48,898 bases of DNA from a virus (IMGVR_UViG_3300048999_000260:1-48898), one strand, 5' to 3'; positions 1 through 9,060 are shown, numbered from the stretch's first letter. Numbers and translations: made by a program. The notes: a model not told the origin generated them from the letters alone.

Positions 1-234
1 GGGCTGGAGCGTCGCTGGTTCCAGGACCCGCGCGCCAACCAGACACCGCGGTATCGGCCGAACTCGTACGCGGCGAACGCGTGGCACTACGACGTCGTGC
101 AGGCCAAGCGCCGTCAGGCCATCGCGCTCGGCGCCGTGGCCGTGCCGTGGCGCGATCTGCCGGACCTGATCAAGCACCGCATGGAGCACGGCGTGTGCCG
201 TGACACGGGGGGTGATCACCGTGAGGAACCGTGA
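1..234 (+). CDS. DUF4031-like protein, 5'-truncated by window edge
   Basis: Frame 1 reads GLERRWFQ...WHYDVVQAKRRQAIALGAV to TGA at 232-234; GLxRxWFQ/HYD/KRxxAIxxGA pattern recognised from DUF4031. Confidence 0.65.
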   Translation, partial: GLERRWFQDPRANQTPRYRPNSYAANAWHYDVVQAKRRQAIALGAVAVPWRDLPDLIKHRMEHGVCRDTGGDHREEP

Positions 235-309
235 CTTCTGACCCGGCACGCTGGCCAAGTCCGCCGTCCGGAAGCGTGAAGAAATCAAGGTCGGACGTCT
301 GGTATCGTG

Positions 310-612
310 GCCGGTAGTCGGGGTCCGTCCACGCGGTTCGGTCTCACACGGGAGGATCGACCGCGTGCCGCCCGACCGCATCGGACGGCGGTGACCTGCG
401 AAGCTCGGTCGTCCGAACCCCCGCCGTCGGACGTCGGTGTACCGGCCGGCGTCCGGCGGCACCCACGCTTACACGCCTGGTCGCGCGCCACCGCGGTGGT
501 ACGCGGCGCCCGCACCGCCCGCTGTCACTACGAGCCCCGGCCGGCACGGTCACGCCGTTGGTCCTGCCGACCGGACGGCCGTCCCCTCCGACTTCTCATC
601 GGAGGGGCCGGC
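310..612 (+). ncRNA. candidate structured non-coding region upstream of tRNA
   Basis: No credible ORF; several hairpins (GGCCGGTA/TACCGGCC, CACGCGGT/ACCGCGTG, CGTCCGA/TCGGACG, CCCCTCCGA/TCGGAGGGG); TATCGT -10-like box at 303-308. Confidence 0.3.
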
Positions 613-636
613 CACCTTACACCACAACTTCACAGG

Positions 637-722
637 GGAGGGTAGCGACCGACGGTGGTCTCCCGGTCTTGAAAACCGGTGCCGGGCAACGCGTCCCGCG
701 GGTTCGACTCCTGTACCCTCCG
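637..722 (+). tRNA. tRNA-Ser(UGA) with long variable arm, probable 8/4 allo-tRNA-like fold
   Basis: GGAGGGTA/TACCCTCC acceptor stem; GACC/GGTC D stem; CCGGT-CTTGAAA-ACCGG anticodon arm (TGA at 670-672); V arm CGGG..CCCG; GTTCGACT T loop; G discriminator; CCA not encoded. Confidence 0.85.
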
Positions 723-723
723 C

Positions 724-810
724 GGTGATCGCTCGTCCGACCGGGATCGGAAAGCGAGGATCACTAGGTGGCCGGTCGGTCTTGTGGTCACGTGCTCGAC
801 GACCGGCCAC
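724..810 (+). terminator. tandem hairpins after tRNA (terminator or processing structure)
   Basis: GTGATC..GATCAC stem, then perfect 11-bp GTGGCCGGTCG/CGACCGGCCAC. Confidence 0.4.
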
Positions 811-840
811 CGTCTACATCGGACAGAGGAAGAAGAGACC

Positions 841-1068
841 ATGTCGTGGTACATCGTGACCGTGGAGGCGATTCCGATGGCGGGCGTCGCGCTGACCATG
901 CCGGGCTGCGTCTTCAGCGAGGAGTGCAGCAACCAGGGCGGCGCCGAGCACAGCGTGATCCTCGGGCACGACGAGCTCGAGGCGATCCGACGGTCATCGA
1001 TCCGCATCATGCGCACCGAGCGGATCCCGGACCACGTCGTTGCCGCCATCCGGAAGTCCGCCGGCTGA
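841..1068 (+). CDS. hypothetical protein (75 aa)
   Basis: ATG 841 after AGAGGA RBS; GC3-rich codons. Confidence 0.7.
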   Translation: MSWYIVTVEAIPMAGVALTMPGCVFSEECSNQGGAEHSVILGHDELEAIRRSSIRIMRTERIPDHVVAAIRKSAG

Positions 1069-1273
1069 CGCGCGCTACGCTGGCGCGGCAGCGGCCCCCG
1101 GCATAGATGACCGGGAGCTGGATCGCATCCTCCAGCACCACCTACAACTACATACTGACGGTTCTTCAGAACCGATCCGCGGGCCGGGCCACCCCTGTCG
1201 TCCGGTCCGCGGATCGACACATCCCACCGCTAAGTCCGGGTACGTTAAGTCCCGACGAGGTAAGGAACGTCAC

Positions 1274-2056
1274 ATGCCCCACGAGCACGTCAACTCATCG
1301 ATCGTCGACGCGACGCTTGACCCGATCACCGTTGATCCGGATCACCCGAACGGCATCATGCGGGTCCCCGAGCGCGTCACCGTGATCTGGAACCGGCCGG
1401 CCGCGCCGCACGCGTACGCCGATCCTCAGGACGGTTACGTGCAGATCGTCTCGGAGCAGCTGGGCAGCGAGGCGCGGTTCCCGTCGCCGAAGATGATCGA
1501 GATCGATTCGGCCGCGCCGCACGCGTTCAACGCCCTGGATGCCGAGGACGAGGCGAAATACGTCGGTTCCGGGCCGACTGAGGTGCACTGCCGGTGGTGC
1601 GGCCAGACCGCTGCCGACGGTCCTCACGGGATCATCGATCCGACGAAGCCGCATCTCTTTCGCGCTGAGCCTGACAGTACAAACCACCGTAGTCCCGGCT
1701 GTGTCCACTGTGGACAGACGTACGGGGCTGGCCCGCACGTCTCTGCCACCGCGGAACGTAACGTCGCGCTCGCAGGGATGCTATCTGATCCGGAACGAGC
1801 ACCGCATCGCTTCAAGGCCGTCGCCACCTCGGATCCGGACTCGGACCAGGACATCTGCGAGCACTGTCAGCTGACGCGCCGTGAGGGCAATCACGACGGT
1901 TACAAGACCGGACCGCACCGGATTTTCACCGAGGGTGAGCCGACGTGGTCCGAACCGTGCACCGGCCTCGCGGTCACGTTGACCCGGGCTGATCTGAACC
2001 GCCTCATCAAGATGTTGCGCCGCGCGCGTGACGACGCCTACGGAGCCGACGCATGA
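1274..2056 (+). CDS. hypothetical phage protein with three PHxF..CxxC..H putative zinc-binding repeats
   Basis: ATG after AAGGA; motifs CRWC, CVHC, CEHC; C-terminus LNRLIKMLRRARDDAYGADA typical of actinophage small proteins. Confidence 0.75.
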   Translation: MPHEHVNSSIVDATLDPITVDPDHPNGIMRVPERVTVIWNRPAAPHAYADPQDGYVQIVSEQLGSEARFPSPKMIEIDSAAPHAFNALDAEDEAKYVGSGPTEVHCRWCGQTAADGPHGIIDPTKPHLFRAEPDSTNHRSPGCVHCGQTYGAGPHVSATAERNVALAGMLSDPERAPHRFKAVATSDPDSDQDICEHCQLTRREGNHDGYKTGPHRIFTEGEPTWSEPCTGLAVTLTRADLNRLIKMLRRARDDAYGADA

Positions 2057-2226
2057 GCACCGTGATTCCGATGATCTTAACCAACGTCGGTACATTCATC
2101 TGCGGGATGCTGTTTGCGACGGCGCGAGCCAGGCGTCGGCGAACGCGCGACATCTTGATGGGCTTCGGCGCCGGCCGGAACGTCGCCGGTCACCGCGGAC
2201 CGTCCGATGTGGACGGTGCCGCGTGA
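2053..2226 (+). CDS. small membrane protein (57 aa)
   Basis: ATGA overlap with previous stop; MSTVIPMILTNVGTFICGMLFA followed by basic run. Confidence 0.55.
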   Translation: MSTVIPMILTNVGTFICGMLFATARARRRRTRDILMGFGAGRNVAGHRGPSDVDGAA

Positions 2227-2654
2227 CCGGCCATCGGCGCGGGCCGGACTACGCGGAACCATCGAGCGTCATCGTGGCCGACTACCTGCTCGAGCGATTG
2301 CGCGAGCAGCCGGGTGCGAGCGACGTCATCGAGATGATCAACGGCTTCCCGCTCCGCGCGACCGATCTCCGGGTCGTCGTCGACGCGTTAGTGTCGTGCC
2401 GACGCGACGTGAAGACCGCGCATCAGACGCGCTTCCACGAGCGACGGCTGACACACACGCTACTGCCGTCCGATCGGCTGGCGATCGCCTACCGCACCGC
2501 CGAGTGCAACTGCGGTGTGCGCGGCAACGTCGTTGACCTGGCCGCGGCCGAGGTGTGGCACGCGATGCACGAGCGCTGGCCGACCGAGTCCGCGGCTGAG
2601 CTGGCGACGCGCATGCGATCGTCGCTGCGCGACCCGGATACCATCGGGAGTTGA
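2223..2654 (+). CDS. hypothetical protein
   Basis: GTGA overlap start inside ORF 2028..2654. Confidence 0.65.
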   Translation: MTGHRRGPDYAEPSSVIVADYLLERLREQPGASDVIEMINGFPLRATDLRVVVDALVSCRRDVKTAHQTRFHERRLTHTLLPSDRLAIAYRTAECNCGVRGNVVDLAAAEVWHAMHERWPTESAAELATRMRSSLRDPDTIGS

Positions 2655-2655
2655 G

Positions 2656-2952
2656 ATGTGTCGCACGCCGGAGATCGTTACCACCACGCGATCGCGTCCG
2701 TTCACGTCCGAACCCGCGACGTCGGGGCACTGCGTGAACTGCGGCCGCGCGGCGCACCGGTGTCCGGCGTGCGACACGTTTCGCTGTGACAGCGACATCC
2801 ACTTCTCGATCATGGGACAGGTTCCACTGGCGTGCGTCGTCTGTCAGCCAGCCGGGATCCGGAGTTGGGTGGGGCCGAGCAGCTCGATGCCCGGCATGGC
2901 CGAGATCGGCTGGGTTCCAGCCGGCCAACCGACGCCGTGGGAGCTGCCGTGA
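2656..2952 (+). CDS. Cys-rich (zinc finger-like) hypothetical protein
   Basis: ATG after GGGAG; CVNC, CPAC, CVVC. Confidence 0.6.
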   Translation: MCRTPEIVTTTRSRPFTSEPATSGHCVNCGRAAHRCPACDTFRCDSDIHFSIMGQVPLACVVCQPAGIRSWVGPSSSMPGMAEIGWVPAGQPTPWELP

Positions 2953-3050
2953 CCGGCCAACAGCTCGCGCTGCTGCTCGTCCTACTGCTCGTGGCCGCGC
3001 TGGTGTTCCTCTTCTCCAAGTGGTGGCTTCACGTGGTGGCGGTCACGTGA
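2949..3050 (+). CDS. single-TM peptide (33 aa)
   Basis: GTGA overlap; LALLLVLLLVAALVFLF. Confidence 0.5.
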   Translation: MTGQQLALLLVLLLVAALVFLFSKWWLHVVAVT

Positions 3051-3112
3051 CTTAGCTCTACCGATCCGGCGTACGCTGACCGCATCCGGACCAACTGACC
3101 AGAGGAAAGAGC

Positions 3113-3202
3113 ATGACACGACGCACGTGGTTCATCGCGGTTTGGATCGCCATTGGCCTCGCCGCGGTCTTCGCCTACTGGTCGGCGACGGTGACGCCGT
3201 GA
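3113..3202 (+). CDS. single-TM peptide (29 aa)
   Basis: AGAGGA RBS; MTRRTWFIAVWIAIGLAAVFAYWSATVTP. Confidence 0.55.
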   Translation: MTRRTWFIAVWIAIGLAAVFAYWSATVTP

Positions 3203-3423
3203 ACCCACGTCCGTCCGTCTGCCGGATGGTTCACCTCATCGACCGGTACTCGCCGCACGACTGCCTCGCCGCGATCGTCACGCGCGTGCCGAACGGCGCC
3301 GTTTGGCTGGTCGATCTCGCGGTGTTTAACCGTGGCATCGACTTCATGAACGGTGTCTCGTTCGAGGAGTCCGGTACGATACCGGGCACGTGGCACTGGC
3401 CCGAGCGGGTCGAGGAGTCGTGA
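3199..3423 (+). CDS. conserved small phage protein
   Basis: PSVCRMVH...AAIVTRV...GTWHWPERV pattern common in phage hypotheticals. Confidence 0.7.
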   Translation: MNPRPSVCRMVHLIDRYSPHDCLAAIVTRVPNGAVWLVDLAVFNRGIDFMNGVSFEESGTIPGTWHWPERVEES

Positions 3424-3424
3424 C

Positions 3425-3676
3425 GTGGGACTCGCGGACGAACGCGCGCAGCTCGCGCAGCTCGCTGACGATCGCACGCTGGTCGAACGCGTCACGGGCG
3501 TACAGGCCGACATCGAGTCGACCCGCGCGCAGGCGGTTAACCTGCTCGGAGAGGGACATCCGGGCGCAGCGGTGGTCAACGGCGCCGGAACCAACGCGAT
3601 CAACGCGTTGGCCGGCGCGTACGACGCGATCGAGCGGTTCCTGCAAGAGATCTTGAACGCGGCCGGAGGAACATGA
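3425..3676 (+). CDS. helical hypothetical protein
   Basis: GTG after GAGGAG; amphipathic helix-turn-helix pattern. Confidence 0.65.
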   Translation: MGLADERAQLAQLADDRTLVERVTGVQADIESTRAQAVNLLGEGHPGAAVVNGAGTNAINALAGAYDAIERFLQEILNAAGGT

Positions 3677-4032
3677 TGACCAATCCTGACGACGTCAGCG
3701 AAGACGAGAAGCGCCGCCGAGGCGAACGACTGCTCGATGCGATCTTCGCGCCGAGTGGTGTAGAGGAGACGACGCACGAGAGCGACTGCTTCGCCTGTGA
3801 TCTGGCGTCGGAGATCGCTGGTTCGATCGCGGCGTACGTCCACTTTGGAACGCGCGTCCGCGTCAGCCGAGCGGTGGAGACCGACGGCTGGCAGGAGCCG
3901 GCCACGCTGGACTACGACGAGGCGGTTCCCGGCGACACGCGCCTGGACATGGCGTATCGGATCGCCGCGCACGAGCTGCACAAGAAGCTGCCCGGTCACG
4001 CGCCGAACAGCGAACCGCGGAAGACCTCATGA
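3673..4032 (+). CDS. hypothetical protein
   Basis: ORF track; GGAGGA RBS; ATGA overlap. Confidence 0.7.
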   Translation: MMTNPDDVSEDEKRRRGERLLDAIFAPSGVEETTHESDCFACDLASEIAGSIAAYVHFGTRVRVSRAVETDGWQEPATLDYDEAVPGDTRLDMAYRIAAHELHKKLPGHAPNSEPRKTS

Positions 4033-4352
4033 CGGAAGATCAGCTACCGGACCGCGTGCGCGCGGCCGAGGAGAACCGCGAGTTCCGTCAGCTGCTCGAG
4101 CAGTCATCGATCGGCCAGCCGCCCAAGGGCTTCGAGAACGAACCGGCCATCGGCAGCGGCATGTGTGAGACGTGTCGATCGGACTGGTGCGGCGAGATCG
4201 ACTGCCTGACGGCGGGCTGCGCGTGCACGTGTATCGCGGACAAGAGCGCGCTTCACCGTGACATGCTCGAGATCTACGACAACGACAACCCGGAAAGTCT
4301 GTACGATGTCGCGTGTTCGCTGTACGGCAGGGGCTGGCGCCGTGAAGGCTAA
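4029..4352 (+). CDS. Cys-rich hypothetical protein
   Basis: ORF track; CETC..C..C..CACTC. Confidence 0.65.
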   Translation: MTEDQLPDRVRAAEENREFRQLLEQSSIGQPPKGFENEPAIGSGMCETCRSDWCGEIDCLTAGCACTCIADKSALHRDMLEIYDNDNPESLYDVACSLYGRGWRREG

Positions 4353-4614
4353 CGTGTACACGCTCGACGTCTCGTGGGGGCGCGGCCAGTCCGCCGACTG
4401 GATGCGCACCGACATGCGCTTCGGCGACGGTCGGCGACACGTCGGCACGACGCACACGCTGGCAAGCACCCATGACATGTCCGTCGAGGAGGTCGCCGAG
4501 GTCATGGTCGAGTCCGTGTCGATCGCGATCGACGCCCTCGCATTGATGCTGCCGGAGCTTGAGTACGTGAATCACGAGGAGTTCGAGAAGCTGGTCGGAG
4601 AGAAGGAAACATGA
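4342..4614 (+). CDS. hypothetical protein
   Basis: GTG start in ORF 4258..4614; coupled to neighbours. Confidence 0.6.
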   Translation: MKANVYTLDVSWGRGQSADWMRTDMRFGDGRRHVGTTHTLASTHDMSVEEVAEVMVESVSIAIDALALMLPELEYVNHEEFEKLVGEKET

Positions 4615-5039
4615 GCGTGATCAACCCGCATCGGTGTTGTCCGATCTGCGGTGATCGCAACTTCACCGAGGTCGCGCGGATCGACGCCGATCCGGCGATC
4701 GGCCAGGACGAGGACGAGGCGGTGTACCGCTGCGTCGCGGTGGGACACGAGTTCACGTCGAACGACCACGTGTGGGACGTTCACGAGGACGACGACTATC
4801 CACATGCGACGAACGACACGCCGGCTACGCCGCTGGCCGCGGCCGGTGTGACGCGTCACTCGGCCGATCCGTTTCGAACGGCCGACGGTGACATCCACCC
4901 GCGGCTCCGGGCCGCGATCGACGAGCGCGTCTTTGAGATCATGCACGCGCGTGACGCGCTGGCGATACGCGGCGTGCCGTTCGGACCGGCCGACATCCTC
5001 GCCGAGCTACGCAAGCGCGGAGGTGCGCATGCCGATTGA
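4611..5039 (+). CDS. hypothetical protein with N-terminal zinc ribbon
   Basis: AAGGA RBS; CPICG...CxxxGH. Confidence 0.7.
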   Translation: MSVINPHRCCPICGDRNFTEVARIDADPAIGQDEDEAVYRCVAVGHEFTSNDHVWDVHEDDDYPHATNDTPATPLAAAGVTRHSADPFRTADGDIHPRLRAAIDERVFEIMHARDALAIRGVPFGPADILAELRKRGGAHAD

Positions 5040-5196
5040 GTCGGCGCCATCGGGTCCGATGTGGACGGACATGCAGCGTCTCGAGCTCTCGCGGTACATC
5101 CAGACCGCGGCCGAGAAGCAGCTCGACATCCGACTAACCACCCACCGCGCGTCCGTGCTCGCCGTCGCGCTGCTCAACGGGGGGTGGCACCGGTGA
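5029..5196 (+). CDS. hypothetical protein (55 aa)
   Basis: GGAGGTG RBS before ATG 5029. Confidence 0.6.
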   Translation: MPIESAPSGPMWTDMQRLELSRYIQTAAEKQLDIRLTTHRASVLAVALLNGGWHR

Positions 5197-5447
5197 TCGC
5201 GAGGAAGATTCCGGTGAACTACGACATGATCCGTAAGGCGGAGATCGGTGAACGCGCGCTCGTGAAGATCCGCGAGGTTGAGATCGATCCGGATGCCAGC
5301 GCGGGCTACTTCATGATCATGCCCAGCGCGACGATCGTGGCGACGACCGAGCGTAGGGTCAACATCGACTGGGACGTTGACGGCAACATCATCGGCATCG
5401 AGCTGCTGGACATCCTGGCACCGCCGCGAAACGAGGAGACGACATGA
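5193..5447 (+). CDS. DUF2283-like protein
   Basis: DPDASAGYF...VNIDWDVDGNIIGIELLD motif. Confidence 0.7.
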   Translation: MIARKIPVNYDMIRKAEIGERALVKIREVEIDPDASAGYFMIMPSATIVATTERRVNIDWDVDGNIIGIELLDILAPPRNEETT

Positions 5448-5659
5448 TCGAGTCGGCGTTCCACCGCGACGATCACGTGCGGTACACCGGCCCTGACGAG
5501 GCCGCGGCGCCGGTCGGCGACGGCATCGACGGCACGATCGTCGAGGTCGCACAGTTTAATGACCAGCCGGTCTACGTGATCGTGTTCCCGGACCGCATGG
5601 ACCCGGTCATGATCACCGGTGACGACGAAGCGTCACGGTGGTTGACCCTTATCGAGTAA
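5444..5659 (+). CDS. small beta-barrel (SH3/KOW-like) hypothetical protein
   Basis: GAGGAG RBS; F..D.VRY...GTIVEV...Y.I.F pattern. Confidence 0.65.
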   Translation: MIESAFHRDDHVRYTGPDEAAAPVGDGIDGTIVEVAQFNDQPVYVIVFPDRMDPVMITGDDEASRWLTLIE

Positions 5660-5668
5660 GGAAAGTAG

Positions 5669-5968
5669 ATGACCGAGGAAAAGAAGATCCGCTGGTACAA
5701 CCAGAACGTCTCGCTTGGCACGGTTGTGAGCTTGACGTTGTACACGACCGCGGGACTGATCCTGCTCGCTACGATGACCGCATCGTACGGACTCGTCAGC
5801 TGGTGGCTCGTGCTTCTCGCCGCGGTCGTACCGCTGGCGTGGCTCGCGGCCCTGTTCGGAACGCTGCTGTACATCCAGTTCCGATGGGCACGACGGAATC
5901 GTACGCGGTTCACCGTGAAACTCAAGATCTTCTCCTGGACCACCGAACGGACGTGGGACTTCCGATGA
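5669..5968 (+). CDS. membrane protein (2 TM)
   Basis: AAGGA RBS; two hydrophobic segments. Confidence 0.7.
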   Translation: MTEEKKIRWYNQNVSLGTVVSLTLYTTAGLILLATMTASYGLVSWWLVLLAAVVPLAWLAALFGTLLYIQFRWARRNRTRFTVKLKIFSWTTERTWDFR

Positions 5969-6495
5969 CCGATGACAAGCCGCTGCTCGGTGATCCGGAG
6001 AGCAACGCGGAGTTCGACGCCGGCGTGGACGCGATCCTCGCGAAGGCCGGCGTGAAGCCGTTGTCCAATCCGGACCGCGTGAAGACGCCGTCCACGGAGG
6101 AAAGCAAGGCCAGCCACGAGGCCGCGCAGCGCGCGACCGGCTCGCCGACCGGACGCACGAGCGCGTACCTACCGTCGTATCCGGGACGCAAGGATTACGA
6201 CACCGAGATCATGTCGCAGATGATCACGAGGTCGACGTTCCCGTGGATCGGCGTGCTTGGCAGCGCGCAGGCCGCCGGTCACGAGGTGTCCGTCCATCTG
6301 CGACAGGACCCGGTTCCCGGGTTTCGTGGCAGGATCGTCAACGAGCCGCCGCTGACGGACCTCGATGAGCTTGCCGCGGCATCGGTCAAGACCGTCAAGC
6401 TGGAGCGCGACACCGGCAGCGCGCCGCGGCGCGAGGTCACGACGGTGCTCATCGCCGATATCGTTGCGATCACGGTAATCGAGAAGAAGTCATGA
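5965..6495 (+). CDS. hypothetical protein
   Basis: ATGA overlap start in ORF 5638..6495. Confidence 0.65.
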   Translation: MTDDKPLLGDPESNAEFDAGVDAILAKAGVKPLSNPDRVKTPSTEESKASHEAAQRATGSPTGRTSAYLPSYPGRKDYDTEIMSQMITRSTFPWIGVLGSAQAAGHEVSVHLRQDPVPGFRGRIVNEPPLTDLDELAAASVKTVKLERDTGSAPRREVTTVLIADIVAITVIEKKS

Positions 6496-6671
6496 CGCTT
6501 GGTGAGCTCCTCGAGCGGATCGGTCGCATGCGATGGGAGGGCGAGCATAACACGCCGATCTACGTGACCGATCCGGCGAACCGCTGGCACCGCACCGAGG
6601 TCACTGACATCTTCCGCGACAGCGACGGTCACATCGTCCTCGAGGTGCCCGAGGTGATCCATGAACCGTGA
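6492..6671 (+). CDS. hypothetical protein (59 aa)
   Basis: MTLGELLERIG...GHIVLEVPEVIHEP, translated by hand; ATGA overlap. Confidence 0.6.
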   Translation: MTLGELLERIGRMRWEGEHNTPIYVTDPANRWHRTEVTDIFRDSDGHIVLEVPEVIHEP

Positions 6672-6915
6672 GCTCAGCGACGAGCCGCCGCCCGGACCGG
6701 AGCGCCGGCGCAGCCACCGTCCACATCGGACACCGCGTCGAGGCGTCCGCGTCGGCACCGCGGCGTGGTACCTTCTGATCACCGCGTTCATCGCGTTCAT
6801 GCTGCTGATGCTGCTTACCGACATCTGGCCGTTCGGGCACGAGATGATCATTCAACACACGTGGAAGCCGGTATGTGACTACGGCCACGGACGACTGGAG
6901 TTCTGTAAGCCATGA
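6661..6915 (+). CDS. membrane protein
   Basis: GAGGTG RBS; one TM segment. Confidence 0.6.
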   Translation: MNRELSDEPPPGPERRRSHRPHRTPRRGVRVGTAAWYLLITAFIAFMLLMLLTDIWPFGHEMIIQHTWKPVCDYGHGRLEFCKP

Positions 6916-7400
6916 CCGCACCGCGTGCCGACACGGGCACCTGCGAGAACTGCGAACGTCCGAATCGCGCGCGGTTTCCGGACCCTCTCACCGACATGCG
7001 CATCTGCCTCGACTGCTGCGCGGAGTCGGCCACCCGGATCCAAGACACAGCCGGCCGGTTCATCTGCCCGCGTCGGATCGAGATTCCGTCGACGTTTCGG
7101 CTCGCGCCAGCCGACACGTGGCAGGACCGCTTCGGCAAGCTGTACTGCGCGCACTGCGGTTCCTTACACCCCATCGCTTTCATGCGCGCCGTCGCTAACG
7201 GCATCGAGCTCGGACCCACCGACAAGTCGTACAAGATCTACGTTGGTGCCAGCGGCGGTGATAAGTTCTACTTTCAACACCTGTCCGTCGACGACCGGAT
7301 GACCTTCATTCAGCTGCTCAACGCGAAGGTGCCGCACTTCGGCTCGCCCGGTTACCTCTACACGCGACCGTTCTTCATCGCACCCTTAGGAAAAGACTGA
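6912..7400 (+). CDS. hypothetical protein with CxxC motifs
   Basis: ORF track; CENC, CLDC, CAHCGSLHP. Confidence 0.7.
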   Translation: MTAPRADTGTCENCERPNRARFPDPLTDMRICLDCCAESATRIQDTAGRFICPRRIEIPSTFRLAPADTWQDRFGKLYCAHCGSLHPIAFMRAVANGIELGPTDKSYKIYVGASGGDKFYFQHLSVDDRMTFIQLLNAKVPHFGSPGYLYTRPFFIAPLGKD

Positions 7401-7906
7401 TGACCGAAGAAAAACCGCCCGTCACCCCGCACGAACCGCCGTGGTGGGACGGCATCGCGTTCCGGCCGGCCGAGCACCACATGATCACGGCCGCGACCGG
7501 TGCGGCCGCGGCACGCACCGCGTTCCGGGACAAGACCGTGCCACCGTGGCGCAACCCCACGCGTGAGATGATCGACACCGCGCGCGCGACCACCGAGTAC
7601 GTCGGTCCGTCGTCACCCACGAGTCTCATCGTGTACATCACGATCGGCAACTCGGACGACAAGCTCCAACAGCACGACTGGGCGAACCTCATTCGTGAGC
7701 TCAAGGCGACGCTGACCGACTTCAGCGGTCGCACGCACATCGAGGCGTACTCCGCGCCGGACGCGACGTGGCAGAACATGTGCATCTGCAAGGAGGTCGA
7801 ACGCACCGACCTGGACCGGCTTCGCGCCGCGCTGCGCGCGCTGCGCACGACGTACCACCAAGACAGCGTCGCGCTCGTCACGGCGGGACGAACGGAGCTC
7901 GTATGA
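7400..7906 (+). CDS. hypothetical protein
   Basis: ORF track; TGATG coupling; VYITIGNSDDKL.Q..W motif. Confidence 0.7.
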   Translation: MTEEKPPVTPHEPPWWDGIAFRPAEHHMITAATGAAAARTAFRDKTVPPWRNPTREMIDTARATTEYVGPSSPTSLIVYITIGNSDDKLQQHDWANLIRELKATLTDFSGRTHIEAYSAPDATWQNMCICKEVERTDLDRLRAALRALRTTYHQDSVALVTAGRTELV

Positions 7907-8199
7907 CCGACTGGCTTGACGAGTTCATCGACACGCTCGATGACATCGTCGACGCGATCTTCTCCGGCTCAGACCGGATCTACGACACACGCGTCACCCG
8001 GAACCGCGACAAGCCTCATCGCTGTCCGCGCTGCCACGCCGTGGCATTCCGTGGGTGTAAGGCTTTGCACGCGTGGACCGTGATCAGCTGTCACCGCTGC
8101 GAGGTGTGGTGGCGCTACGGTCCGCGCTGGACGACGAAGCTCGGCAACCGCTGGCACGCCGTTCGCCAGGCCCGGTGGAAGCGTCATTTGAAGCCTTAA
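7903..8199 (+). CDS. zinc ribbon hypothetical protein
   Basis: ATG 7903 after GGAG; CPRC, CHRC. Confidence 0.6.
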   Translation: MTDWLDEFIDTLDDIVDAIFSGSDRIYDTRVTRNRDKPHRCPRCHAVAFRGCKALHAWTVISCHRCEVWWRYGPRWTTKLGNRWHAVRQARWKRHLKP

Positions 8200-8245
8200 G
8201 TTGGTCGCGTCGTACGATCGGACCGAGGAAACGGAAGGAACAAAG

Positions 8246-8803
8246 ATGAGGTTTAAGACGGAGAGGCTGCGGGTCGCGGTCGAGTCCGCGATCACGCAGC
8301 ATGAGATCGAGCATAACCGCGCAAACAACAGCCGGCGAAGGCAGCGCGCCGACGCCGAGCAGCAATGGGTCGAGACGTACAACGCCAAGTGGGAGCAGGC
8401 GATCCCGCGCATCCGCGCCGCGATTCGCGCCGGTCGACCGATCACCGTCAAGGAGGTCGCGACCCGGAACGATCACTATCGCGACACCGTGGCACTGTTC
8501 GCGGACAACAACCGCTCGGGTGACGAACCTCACGTGATCCCCCACGACCTGATGGTCATGCGCAACGCGCTCCGTCTGGTTGAGGACGACGAGGTCACCA
8601 CGACGTCACTGCGCACGCTCGGAGTCAGCTCGACCATGCTGCGCACCGTGTGCGACCTCGCGCGCGAGGACATCGCGAAGCAGCAACGTGAGATGAACGC
8701 GCAGACCACCGCGAAGCCGAAGCCGGTCAAGACTAAGCCGCGCGCGCGAAAGCCGATCACCGCCGCGATCGCGGTGACCACCGTCCCGCAGGATCGATCG
8801 TGA
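8246..8803 (+). CDS. basic helical hypothetical protein
   Basis: ATG after AAGGA; TACGAT -10-like box at 8213. Confidence 0.7.
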   Translation: MRFKTERLRVAVESAITQHEIEHNRANNSRRRQRADAEQQWVETYNAKWEQAIPRIRAAIRAGRPITVKEVATRNDHYRDTVALFADNNRSGDEPHVIPHDLMVMRNALRLVEDDEVTTTSLRTLGVSSTMLRTVCDLAREDIAKQQREMNAQTTAKPKPVKTKPRARKPITAAIAVTTVPQDRS

Positions 8804-9060
8804 CCATCCAGAACCACAGGAACGAGGGTGTCGTCCCGTCGGCCGGTGACGTCCTCGCGTGGATGGGCGCTCACGTGATCGTCAACCGCATCGGTCGGAC
8901 GCGGACGTGGGCCGACGTCAAGGTGCGTCAGCTCAGCGGTGCGATGTGGAGCAAGCGCATCCGGTTACCGCTGCCGGCCGACGCGCGGCCGTGCGAGCAT
9001 CCGACCGACGAGCACTGCGAGTGCGCGCGGATTCCAGACACCGGCTTCGAGGAGACGTAA
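8800..9060 (+). CDS. hypothetical protein
   Basis: ORF track; coupled. Confidence 0.6.
   Translation: MTIQNHRNEGVVPSAGDVLAWMGAHVIVNRIGRTRTWADVKVRQLSGAMWSKRIRLPLPADARPCEHPTDEHCECARIPDTGFEET

Noticed and set aside
310-612. RNase P RNA, tmRNA or group I/II intron
   Set aside because: Hallmark sequences (GAGGAAAGTCC, tmRNA termini, intron core motifs) were not found by eye.
637-722. tRNA-Sec (selC) or opal suppressor
   Set aside because: The anticodon reads TGA (decodes UCA, Ser), not TCA.
3425-3676. WXG100/ESAT-6-like protein
   Set aside because: Size and helical pattern fit, but there is no WxG motif; evidence is too weak.
6719-6731. GTCCACA half of the 13-bp motif as an actinobacterial DnaA box (TTGTCCACA)
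   Set aside because: The leading TT is absent in the copies checked, the sites are dispersed rather than clustered, and conservation extends to a palindromic right half.
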